From contig JBHENR010000028.1 of the NCBI GenBank assembly GCA_046262555.1, positions 1-32,298 on the forward strand: a stretch of 32,298 nt of DNA, in the 5' to 3' direction. This DNA is from Gemmatimonadota bacterium. GTDB lineage: Bacteria; Gemmatimonadota; Gemmatimonadetes; JACCXV01; JAHWKZ01. The position numbers were made by a program, and so were the translations under genes. This document shows positions 1-7,327 of this stretch, in pieces. The notes beneath the pieces were generated by a model that searched no databases, had not been told where the DNA came from, and saw nothing but the letters and a program-made list of their open reading frames with translations. Positions within the stretch are counted from its first letter, which is position 1; every line of letters starts with the position of its first letter.

Positions 1-1638
1 GTCCGGGGGCTGCTGCAGCAGTCCCGCGAACTGCTTCACCCACAGCTCGCTGACATTGAGCGCGACGGCGAAGGGGAGCAGCGCGCTGAAGAGCTCGGGG
101 GTTTTCTCCGGCGCGTCGCGAAACTCGATCTCGGCCTTCTCGGCGCGGCGGATGTACTCCCGCAACCCCTCCAGGTCGCGCCGTACGCGCGCGCCGCCGG
201 CGGTCATCGCCGGCATGTGGAAGGAGAAGACGATCACCAGGAGGGCGCAGAGGATGAGCGCCGGGAGCAAGGTCCAGATGCCGGCCGCCGCCAGGGCGGG
301 GATGCCCGCGACGAGGGCGAAGACGAGCATCACGATGCCGCCGGCGAGCCACAGGTTGCGCGTCCTGGCCGGGCTGCGGGCGAAGTATTGCTGCTTCACC
401 AGCTCCTTATAGAGCGCCTTCTTGATGTCCGGCAGCTTGGTATAGAATTTATTGCGCAAGGCCGACAGCCGGCGTGCCGGCTCACCATCGAGAATGCCGT
501 CGAGCACGAGTCGTTCGTAGCGTTCGAGCTCGGCGGTGTCGTCCCGGCGGCGGACGATCTCCCAGTCGGGCTTGCGGAGCCCGAGCGACGTGAGCGCCCG
601 GCCGGCGAAGGACGCTTCGTCGATGCCCCCCAGCACCCCCTCTGGCGGCACCTCGCGCAGGGACAGCCAGCCGCGCACCGCGAGATCGAGCACCGTGGCG
701 ATCACGTCGTCCATGTCGGCACGCTGGTCGGCGAGCGCGCCCGCCGTCCCCGGCCGCAGACCCTCCGGCGTGCGCCACTGGGGCGCAATGCTGCCCAGCT
801 CGGGCTCGCGGCCATGCCGCCGCCACCAGCCGAAAAGGAGCGCGAGGATGAGGAGCGGCAGCGCCAGCGGGCCGTACAGCAGGACCTTATCCACCAGGCG
901 GCTCGCGCGGGTGGGCCCCGCGATCACGCCCTTGGGGAATCCGGCCGCGAGCGTGAGCCCCTCGCCGGGCCCGAGCGGCGCCGTGGTGGCGAACGCGAAC
1001 GCGCCGGGCGCGACGACGGTGGCGGTACATCCCGTGTCGCTGGTGCTCTCCGCCGACCCCGCGTAGCAGTGCGCCTGCCAGGGGGCGCTGTCGGCGAAGG
1101 CGCGCGCCGGGGCCGGCAGCTGAACGCGCGCGCTGGCGCGTTCGATCGGCACCGGCCACTGCGTTCCCGTCACCTGCCAGTACAGCTCGTCGAACGTGTC
1201 GAAGAAGCCGAGCCCGCCCGAGAGGGTGTAGTAGAGCACGTAGACCTGGTCGCCGGTAACGAGGACGTCCGGATCGCCGATCCGGATGCGCACCGTGCCG
1301 GAGCCGCTCACCTCGGTGAGAATGTCGCGGCCGGCGCCGTCGGTCACCCGATCGAGGTCGAGATCGAACCGCACCCGGCCGGCTGGAATCGGAACGGTGG
1401 GGGAGATGACCCGCCGATACCGAACCGGAATGTCGCGATAGATGCCGTGCCGCTGGAGCGCCGCGAAGTCCACCGTGATCCATTCGATGACGGCGAGCGA
1501 GCCGTCGGGCTGGACGTCGTAGCTCGCCTGGAAGTCCGTGATCGTCCAGCCGGTATCGGTCTCCTGCGCCAGGGCGGCGGCGGGAGCAACGGCGAGCAGC
1601 CCGACCGCCAGCGCGATCGCCGTCAGGAGCCGGCTCAG
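1..1638 (-). CDS. DUF2207-family membrane protein. The N-terminal ~545 codons are in the window and the C-terminus runs off the left edge.
   Basis: Absent from the ORF track because its stop lies outside the window. My translation of the minus-strand frame is open from 1638 to 1. It reads LSRLLTAIALAVGLLAVAPAAALAQETDTGWTITDFQASYDVQPDGSLAVIEWITVDF ... RLVDKVLLYGPLALPLLILALLFGWWRRHGREPELGSIAP ... PALAAAGIWTLLPALILCALLVIVFSFHMPAMTAGGARVR. That gives a signal peptide, an ectodomain and TM helices. It lies directly downstream of lemA, which is the usual lemA/DUF2207 pairing. The start is unresolved: there is no ATG/GTG/TTG before the signal peptide, and a CTG at 1638-1636 overlaps the lemA stop. 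Confidence 0.8.
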   Translation of the reverse strand, partial: MSRLLTAIALAVGLLAVAPAAALAQETDTGWTITDFQASYDVQPDGSLAVIEWITVDFAALQRHGIYRDIPVRYRRVISPTVPIPAGRVRFDLDLDRVTDGAGRDILTEVSGSGTVRIRIGDPDVLVTGDQVYVLYYTLSGGLGFFDTFDELYWQVTGTQWPVPIERASARVQLPAPARAFADSAPWQAHCYAGSAESTSDTGCTATVVAPGAFAFATTAPLGPGEGLTLAAGFPKGVIAGPTRASRLVDKVLLYGPLALPLLILALLFGWWRRHGREPELGSIAPQWRTPEGLRPGTAGALADQRADMDDVIATVLDLAVRGWLSLREVPPEGVLGGIDEASFAGRALTSLGLRKPDWEIVRRRDDTAELERYERLVLDGILDGEPARRLSALRNKFYTKLPDIKKALYKELVKQQYFARSPARTRNLWLAGGIVMLVFALVAGIPALAAAGIWTLLPALILCALLVIVFSFHMPAMTAGGARVRRDLEGLREYIRRAEKAEIEFRDAPEKTPELFSALLPFAVALNVSELWVKQFAGLLQQPPD

Positions 1639-2210
1639 CGGGCGTCCTCGGCGCCCACATCGGGCGCGCGCCGCTCGCCGGCCTCGGCGAGCTCGAACGG
1701 CTCGCCGGGATGAAATCCGAACGGGGCCGCCAGCAGCAGGTTGGGAAACGTCTCCCGGCGGGTGTTGAAATCGCGCACCACGGCGTTGTAGTACCGCCGG
1801 GCGCTGGCGATGTCGTCCTCGGTGCGGATCAGCTCGGCTTGGAGCGCCAGGAAGTTCGTGTTGGCGCGGAGCGCGGGATACGCCTCGGCCAGCACCAGCA
1901 GCTGGCCCAGCCCGAGCGAGAGCTCGCCCTCGGCGGCCGCCCGCGCCGCCGCCGCTTCGGGCGTCGCACCAGCGGTGCGCGCGTCCGCGCGGGCCGCGGT
2001 CACCCGCTCGAGCGTCGTCTGCTCGTGGCCGGCGTAGCCCCGCACCGCGGCGACCAGATTCGGCACCAGATCGGCGCGCCGCTTGAGCATCGCGTCCACG
2101 TCGCCCCACGCCGCCCGCAGCCGGTTGCGCAACCCGATCAGGCCGTTGAAGACCCACGCCGCCCAGAGGACAAGGAGGGCGAATGCACTTGCTATAAAGT
2201 AAACCAACAA
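1635..2210 (-). CDS. lemA: LemA family protein
   Basis: 191 aa ORF with an N-terminal TM helix (LVYFIASAFALLVLWAAWVF). The typical LemA core follows: NGLIGLRNRLRAAWGDVDAMLKRRADLVPNLV...YPALRANTNFLALQAEL...ARRYYNAVVRDFN. It starts at TTG, with AAGGAG 7 nt upstream on the minus strand (2222-2227). Confidence 0.9.
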   Translation of the reverse strand: MLVYFIASAFALLVLWAAWVFNGLIGLRNRLRAAWGDVDAMLKRRADLVPNLVAAVRGYAGHEQTTLERVTAARADARTAGATPEAAAARAAAEGELSLGLGQLLVLAEAYPALRANTNFLALQAELIRTEDDIASARRYYNAVVRDFNTRRETFPNLLLAAPFGFHPGEPFELAEAGERRAPDVGAEDAR

Positions 2211-2233
2211 GGGGAGGCTCCTTATCGTAGATG

Positions 2234-2282
2234 GTAAGAGACAGCTTACATATTGATTGACAAACTGTAAGTTATCACTTAC
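2234..2282. promoter_or_regulatory. Two copies of the palindrome GTAAG-N6-CTTAC (2234-2249 and 2267-2282), probable operators for the downstream HTH protein
   Basis: Read directly from the sequence. GTAAG occurs at 2234, 2267 and 2300, exactly 33 nt apart. CTTAC occurs at 2245 and 2278. The second palindrome lies in the spacer and -10 region of the promoter below. Confidence 0.45.
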
Positions 2283-2285
2283 AAT
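2257..2285 (+). promoter_or_regulatory. Sigma70-type promoter TTGACA-17 nt-TACAAT for the HTH/Fic pair
   Basis: TTGACA at 2257-2262, a 17 nt spacer, and TACAAT at 2280-2285, in a visibly AT-rich intergenic stretch. AAGGAGG at 2315-2321 sits 5 nt before the ATG at 2327. Confidence 0.55.
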
Positions 2286-2326
2286 AATAGCACTTAATCG
2301 TAAGCCATTCCTTTAAGGAGGACTCC

Positions 2327-2791
2327 ATGGGCGCTATGAAAGACCTCCAATTGCGTCAAATCGACACCAAACTACGGTCGCTGGCAAAACTGCGCACCCT
2401 TCCTGTTCCGCCCAAGGGATGGATCCATGACATCCGGGGAGCGTTGGGGATGTCCCTGTCGCAACTCGGGGGACGTCTGAAGATGTCACACTCGGCAATT
2501 TCCCAACTCGAGCGTGGGGAAGTGGAAGGTTCCATCACCCTCAAGACACTGCAGAAGGTTGCCGCGGGCCTGCACTGCGAACTCGTCTATGCTCTGCTGC
2601 CCGTCACCTCCCTCGGCGAATACCGTGAACAGGAGGCGCGGCGTGTCGCCACCGAGACGATTGACCGCGTGGGTCACACAATGGTGCTGGAAAACCAGGC
2701 CGTTTCCGCGGCGGAACGCAGCCTGCAAATCGAGGATCTCACGCAGGAATTGCTTAGAGAACGCCCGCGTGAGATCTGGAACGCCTCCTGA
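2327..2791 (+). CDS. XRE-family helix-turn-helix protein, 'mobile mystery protein A'-like (putative antitoxin/regulator)
   Basis: 154 aa. HTH core: GWIHDIRGALGMSLSQLGGRLKMSHSAISQLERGEVEGSITLKTLQKVAAGLHCELVYALLP. Its stop TGA (2789-2791) shares one base with the ATG of the Fic gene. GC is visibly lower than in the flanks. Confidence 0.8.
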   Translation: MGAMKDLQLRQIDTKLRSLAKLRTLPVPPKGWIHDIRGALGMSLSQLGGRLKMSHSAISQLERGEVEGSITLKTLQKVAAGLHCELVYALLPVTSLGEYREQEARRVATETIDRVGHTMVLENQAVSAAERSLQIEDLTQELLRERPREIWNAS

Positions 2792-3369
2792 TGGACGGGG
2801 AACCTGAAGGGGCCACCCCCCTCGACCCGGAAGAGGCCGTGGGACTACTTCCAGCGCACATCACTACGCGGGCCGAGCTCAATGCCTGGGAGCAGGCCAA
2901 TCTCCTCCACGCGGAGCCGTGGGCGTTCGGGCGCCGGCATCCCGAGATCCTCTCACTGGCGTTCATGAAGCGTCTGCATCGGAAGATGTTCGGAGTGACC
3001 TGGAAATGGGCGGGAGCTTTTCGACAGACCGACAGGACCATCGGTGTGTTGTGGCAAGATGTTCAGGTCGCGGTGCTGACGCTGTGCCGGGACGTGAACT
3101 TCTGGATCGAGCATCACACGTACGACGCCGACGAGCTGGCGGCGCGGTTTCATCAACGCCTCACGCAAATTCACCCCTTTCCCAATGGTAACGGCCGGCA
3201 CGCGCGGTGGATGACCGATCTGTTGCGACTCGAGACCGGACACCCCCGGTGTTCCTGGGGACGGCAGGACCTCACCAGTCCGAGTGATGTCCGGTCGCGC
3301 TACATCGCCGCCCTGCGGGCCGCGGATGACGGCGACTTGACCCCGCTTCTGGAGTTTCTGCGAACGTAG
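2791..3369 (+). CDS. Fic/DOC family protein, 'mobile mystery protein B'-like (putative toxin/AMPylase)
   Basis: 192 aa with the Fic active-site loop HPFPNGNGRHAR (nt 3172-3207). It is translationally coupled to the upstream HTH gene. Confidence 0.9.
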   Translation: MDGEPEGATPLDPEEAVGLLPAHITTRAELNAWEQANLLHAEPWAFGRRHPEILSLAFMKRLHRKMFGVTWKWAGAFRQTDRTIGVLWQDVQVAVLTLCRDVNFWIEHHTYDADELAARFHQRLTQIHPFPNGNGRHARWMTDLLRLETGHPRCSWGRQDLTSPSDVRSRYIAALRAADDGDLTPLLEFLRT

Positions 3370-3397
3370 CCGCGGGCGACATTCCCGTCCGGCCCTG

Positions 3398-3417
3398 GAT
3401 TTTCGGGAGATTTTCGG
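3398..3417 (+). repeat. Tandem direct repeat GATTTTCGG (3398-3406 and 3409-3417) with an 11 nt period, upstream of the polymerase gene
   Basis: Read directly from GGATTTTCGGGAGATTTTCGGTATTCT. The -10-like TATTCT (3418-3423) follows immediately. Function unknown. Confidence 0.5.
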
Positions 3418-3474
3418 TATTCTCATGGTCCCTCCCGGCCCCGCCGGCGAGCCAGACCCTCTCGAAAGTCGCCC

Positions 3475-6400
3475 ATGGCCCAGCCGTTCACGCACCTCCA
3501 CGTCCACAGCCACTACTCGCTGCTGGCGGGAGCGTGGGCGCCGGAGGAGATCGCGCGGGCGGCGGCGCGGCAGGGCCTCCCAGCGATCGCGCTCACCGAC
3601 ACCGACGGCCTCTACGGCGCGGTGCCGTTCGCCAAGGCGTGCGCGGCGGCCGGCGTGCGGATGATCCTGGGCGCCGAGCTGACCGATCCGGCGCGCGCCG
3701 GCCGGGGGGTCTTCCTGGCGCGCGACCAGGCCGGCTACGAGGCGCTCTGCGCGCTGGTCTCGGCGCGCCACCTGGACGCCGGCTTCACGCTGCGCGACGC
3801 GGTGGCGCGGCGCTCGCCGCACCTGGCGCTCCTGACCCGCGACCACCGGCTGCTGGAGGTGGCGGTCGCGGCCGGCCGGCGCGACGGCACCTATGCCGAG
3901 GTTCGCCCGGCGCCGGATGGGCCGGCTGGCGCCGCCGAGCGCGCGCTCCGGCGGGAGACGCTGGCTTGGGCGGCGCGGCTCGACCTGCCGCCGGTCGCCA
4001 CCGCGGGCGCCTACTACGAGGCCCCCCCGCGGCGCGACGCCCATCGGGTGCTGCGCGCGATCGGCACCCGCACCACGCTGGCGGCGCTGGCGGCGCGGGA
4101 AGCGGACCGGGCGGGCAGCGGCAGCGGCGCGGGAGGCGCCGGCTGGCGCCCCGGCGACCTCGAGACCGGCCCGGTCGCGCCCACCACCGCCTGGCTCCAG
4201 CCGGGTGCCGCGCTCGCGGCGGCGTTCGCCGACTGTCCGGCGGCGATCGAGAACGCCGGCGCGGTGGCCGCCGCCTGCCGCTTCGGGTTCCGCTGGGGCG
4301 CGTTCCACTTTCCCACCTATCCGACGGCGCCGGGGGAGAGCGCGTTCGCGATGCTGTGGCGGCTCGCGTTCGAGGGGCTGGCGGTCCGCTACCGGCCGCT
4401 CCCCGACGCGGCGATCCGGCGGCTCCAGGAGGAGCTGGAGGTGATCGAGGCGAAGGGGTTCGCCGACTACTTCCTCGTCATCCGCGACATCGCCCGCTGG
4501 GCGGCGGCGGAGCGCATCCCCTCGGTCGGCCGTGGCTCGGCGGCCAACAGCCTGGTGTCGTTCTGCCTCGGCATCACCCACGTGGATCCGCTCCGCCACC
4601 GCCTCTTCTTCGAGCGGTTCCTGAGTCGCGAGCGGGCCGACGCGCCGGACTTCGACCTCGACTTCTGCTGGCGGCGGCGCGAGCGGGTGGTGGCGTACGT
4701 GTCGGAACGGTTCGGCGCCGAGCACGTGGCGATGATCGCGACGTTCTGCCGCCTCGGCGCCCGCGGCGCCCTGCGCGAGGTGGCCCGCGCGCTGGGCGTG
4801 CCCGACCGCGAGATCGGGCGCGTCACCCGGCGGCTGCCGCATGGCGCGAGCGTGGCGATGCTGCCGGCCCTCTGCCAGACGCTGCCCGAGTGTCGCGGGC
4901 TGGGGCTCGACCGGCCGCCCTGGGACGCGGTGGTGGCGCTGGCGCTACAAATAGACATGTATCCGCGGCACCCCGCGGTCCACTCCGGCGGGATCGTGAT
5001 CGGCCCCCGGCCGCTCGACCGGTACCTGCCGCGCCAGCGGGCGGCCTCGGGAGTCGTCGTCACCCAGTTCGACATGTACCCGGTGGAGGACGTGGGGCTG
5101 GTCAAGATCGACCTGCTGGGGAATCGCGGCCTGTCGGTGATCGCCGACGTGAGCGACGCGCTGCGGGAAACGGAAGGGCTCGAGATCGCCTGGGCTCACG
5201 ACGAGGATGCCCCCGAAGAACCCGGCCACGTCAACCCGTTCCGCGACCCCGCCACCCGCGCCATCCTGCGCGCCGGCCGGACGATGGGGTGCTTCTACAT
5301 CGAGTCGCCGTCGATGCGGGGGCTGCTCCGCAAGCTCCGCTGCGACAGCTTCGAGATGCTGACCGCCGCCTCGTCGATCATCCGGCCGGGCATCTCCGAC
5401 AGCGGGATGATGGACGCCTTCATACGCCGCTTCCGCGGTGACGAGCCGGTCGTCCACCTCCACCCCGTGATGGCCGAGCTGCTGGGCGACACCTACGGCG
5501 TGATGATCTATCAGGAGGATGTGATCAAGGTCGTGCACCGCCTGGCCGGGATGTCGCTCGGCGAGGCGGACGGCCTGCGCCGCGCGATGTCGAAGAAGCG
5601 CGACTTCGAGGATTTCGGCGCGCACCAGGCGCGGTTTCTCGCCGGGACGCAGGCCCATGGCGTCGCGCCCGACGTCGCCGACGAGATCTGGCGCCAGATC
5701 GAGTCGTTCGCCGGCTACTCGTTCTGCAAGGCGCACTCCGCCTCCTACGCCCAGGTCTCGTTCCAGTCGGCGTGGCTGAAGGCCCACTACCCGGGTCCGT
5801 TCATGGCCGCCGTGCTCGCCAACGGCGGCGGCTTCTACCCCGCCTTTGCCTACGTCGAGGAGGCGCGGCGGCTGGGGCTGGCGATCCGGCTCCCCGACAT
5901 CAACCGCAGCGCCGCGACCTGGAGCGCGGAATCCGCCGGACCCGGCGGCGGTGCGGGCGCGATCCGGGCCGGGTTCGGCCAGATCGGCGAGCTGCCCGAG
6001 ACGACCGTGGCCCGGATCCTCGGCGAGCGCGCGCGGGGCGGCCCGTTCATCGCGCTGGGCGATTTCTGCGCCCGGGTGCCCGTCAGCGTGACCGACGCCC
6101 ACCGGCTGATCGATGCCGGCTGCTTCGACGCCTTCGATCTGACCCGGCCGCAGGCCAAATGCCGGGCCGAGCTGGCGCTGCAGGGCTGGCTGGCGCGGCC
6201 CGAGGCCGGCGCGCTGTTCGCCCCCGCGGCGTGGGCGGCGCTGGAGGCCCCGCCGCCGCCCGTGCCGGGGCTCGCCGACTACCCCGTCGCGGACCGCCGC
6301 CGGCGCGAGTGGGAGCTCCTCGGCGTGTCGGTGCATCACCATCCGCTCGAGTTCGCCCGCGAGGCCGTCGCCGCGGTCCGCCGCGCGGCGTCCCCGCAGG

Positions 6401-6696
6401 CCCCGGCGATCACGGCCGACGCGTTCGCCGGCTACGCCGGGCGGCGGGTCACGCTGGTAGGGTTCCTGACGTCGACCAAGCGGGTTCGCACCACGCACGG
6501 CGAGCCGATGATGTTCCTGACGCTCGAGGACGAGACCGATCTGTACGACGCGGTGCTGTTTCCCCGCGTCTATCAGCGGGCCGGGCACCAGTTGCGCGAC
6601 CGGGGGCCGTACATCCTCGTGGGCCGGATCGAGGACGACCCGCACCCCTCCACGGTGATGGTGGAGCGGCTGGAGCGGCTGGCGGATCGCGCCTGA
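3475..6696 (+). CDS. dnaE2: DNA polymerase III alpha subunit family, DnaE2/ImuC-like by architecture
   Basis: 1073 aa. N-terminal PHP domain (FTHLHVHSHYSLLAGA...ALTDTDGLYGAVPF), a palm region (PDFDLDFCWRRRERVVAYVSERFG, GIVIGPRPL, KIDLLGNRGLS), and an OB fold at the extreme C-terminus (VTLVGFLTSTKRVRTTHGEPMMFLTLEDETDLYDAVLFP). No tau-binding tail follows the OB fold, and the short length fits DnaE2 better than DnaE1. The subtype call is less certain than the family call. Confidence 0.85.
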   Translation: MAQPFTHLHVHSHYSLLAGAWAPEEIARAAARQGLPAIALTDTDGLYGAVPFAKACAAAGVRMILGAELTDPARAGRGVFLARDQAGYEALCALVSARHLDAGFTLRDAVARRSPHLALLTRDHRLLEVAVAAGRRDGTYAEVRPAPDGPAGAAERALRRETLAWAARLDLPPVATAGAYYEAPPRRDAHRVLRAIGTRTTLAALAAREADRAGSGSGAGGAGWRPGDLETGPVAPTTAWLQPGAALAAAFADCPAAIENAGAVAAACRFGFRWGAFHFPTYPTAPGESAFAMLWRLAFEGLAVRYRPLPDAAIRRLQEELEVIEAKGFADYFLVIRDIARWAAAERIPSVGRGSAANSLVSFCLGITHVDPLRHRLFFERFLSRERADAPDFDLDFCWRRRERVVAYVSERFGAEHVAMIATFCRLGARGALREVARALGVPDREIGRVTRRLPHGASVAMLPALCQTLPECRGLGLDRPPWDAVVALALQIDMYPRHPAVHSGGIVIGPRPLDRYLPRQRAASGVVVTQFDMYPVEDVGLVKIDLLGNRGLSVIADVSDALRETEGLEIAWAHDEDAPEEPGHVNPFRDPATRAILRAGRTMGCFYIESPSMRGLLRKLRCDSFEMLTAASSIIRPGISDSGMMDAFIRRFRGDEPVVHLHPVMAELLGDTYGVMIYQEDVIKVVHRLAGMSLGEADGLRRAMSKKRDFEDFGAHQARFLAGTQAHGVAPDVADEIWRQIESFAGYSFCKAHSASYAQVSFQSAWLKAHYPGPFMAAVLANGGGFYPAFAYVEEARRLGLAIRLPDINRSAATWSAESAGPGGGAGAIRAGFGQIGELPETTVARILGERARGGPFIALGDFCARVPVSVTDAHRLIDAGCFDAFDLTRPQAKCRAELALQGWLARPEAGALFAPAAWAALEAPPPPVPGLADYPVADRRRREWELLGVSVHHHPLEFAREAVAAVRRAASPQAPAITADAFAGYAGRRVTLVGFLTSTKRVRTTHGEPMMFLTLEDETDLYDAVLFPRVYQRAGHQLRDRGPYILVGRIEDDPHPSTVMVERLERLADRA

Positions 6697-6755
6697 GGGA
6701 CCCGCCGCGCGCGCCTGACTGGCGCGCCGAACGGGTGAACGGAAGATTCCGCCGC

Positions 6756-7322
6756 ATGGCCCGCCTGCCCCCCGTAGATCTCGACGCCGTCGCCGACGCG
6801 AAACTGCGTGCCGGCTTCGATGATCTGGCGAAACGGATGGGGGCGGTCCCCGAGAACGTGCTCCTGCTGGCGCACAAGCCGCTCTATGTCGAGCTCCTGC
6901 GGTGCGTCTCCGACACGATCGACGCCCCGACCGAAATCGACCCCGCGCTGAAGCAGCTCGTCGAGCTCAAGGTGGCCCGCCTCAACAGCTGCGACTACTC
7001 GGTGGACTTGCTCGAAGGGGCGCTGCTCGACAAGGACGTCTCCGACGCCAAGCTCCACGAGCTCGACTTCTACGAGGAGTCCACCCTCTACGACGAGCGC
7101 GAGCGGCTGGCGCTGAAGCTCACCGAGAAAATGGTATTCGGCGCGGTGGACGACTCGCTCTTCGGCGACGTGCGGAAGGAATTCTCGATCGTCGAAACGC
7201 TGGAGCTCGTCGTCACCGTGGCGCTCGAGAACTTCTACTCGCTCGTCAACCGCACGCTGGGACTCAAGCCCCAGGGATTCCGCGACCAGGCGCTGGCGCG
7301 TCGCGCCGCGCAACCCTCCTGA
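6756..7322 (+). CDS. Carboxymuconolactone decarboxylase (AhpD-like) family protein
   Basis: 188 aa, taken from the internal ATG of track ORF 5772..7322; the upstream part is shadow. CMD-like core: LKQLVELKVARLNSCDYSVDLLEG. The redox motif reads CDYS (CxxS) rather than CxxC. Confidence 0.75.
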   Translation: MARLPPVDLDAVADAKLRAGFDDLAKRMGAVPENVLLLAHKPLYVELLRCVSDTIDAPTEIDPALKQLVELKVARLNSCDYSVDLLEGALLDKDVSDAKLHELDFYEESTLYDERERLALKLTEKMVFGAVDDSLFGDVRKEFSIVETLELVVTVALENFYSLVNRTLGLKPQGFRDQALARRAAQPS

Positions 7323-7327
7323 CGGCG

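Noticed and set aside
217-1713. 498 aa plus-strand ORF, with overlapping ORFs at 536..1066 (+) and 887..1660 (-), covering the left end
   Set aside because: The translations are Arg/Gly/Ala/Pro-rich and low in complexity, with no recognisable domain. They are antisense or out-of-frame shadows of the well-supported DUF2207 frame on the minus strand, as expected in very GC-rich DNA.
3370-3474. LexA/SOS box or integron attC site between the Fic gene and the polymerase gene
   Set aside because: By eye I found no CTGT-N8-ACAG, GAAC-N4-GTTC or GTTC-N7-GTTC type box, and no GTTRRRY core sites with attC-like imperfect inverted repeats. Only the GATTTTCGG direct repeat stands out, and it is reported separately.
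2953-6645. Very long ORFs overlapping the polymerase gene (2953..4842 -, 3534..5441 +, 4945..6645 -)
   Set aside because: These are Arg/Pro/Gly-rich shadow frames of the DnaE-family gene, whose own frame carries PHP, palm and OB-fold motifs. They have no independent motifs, no SD, and implausible composition.
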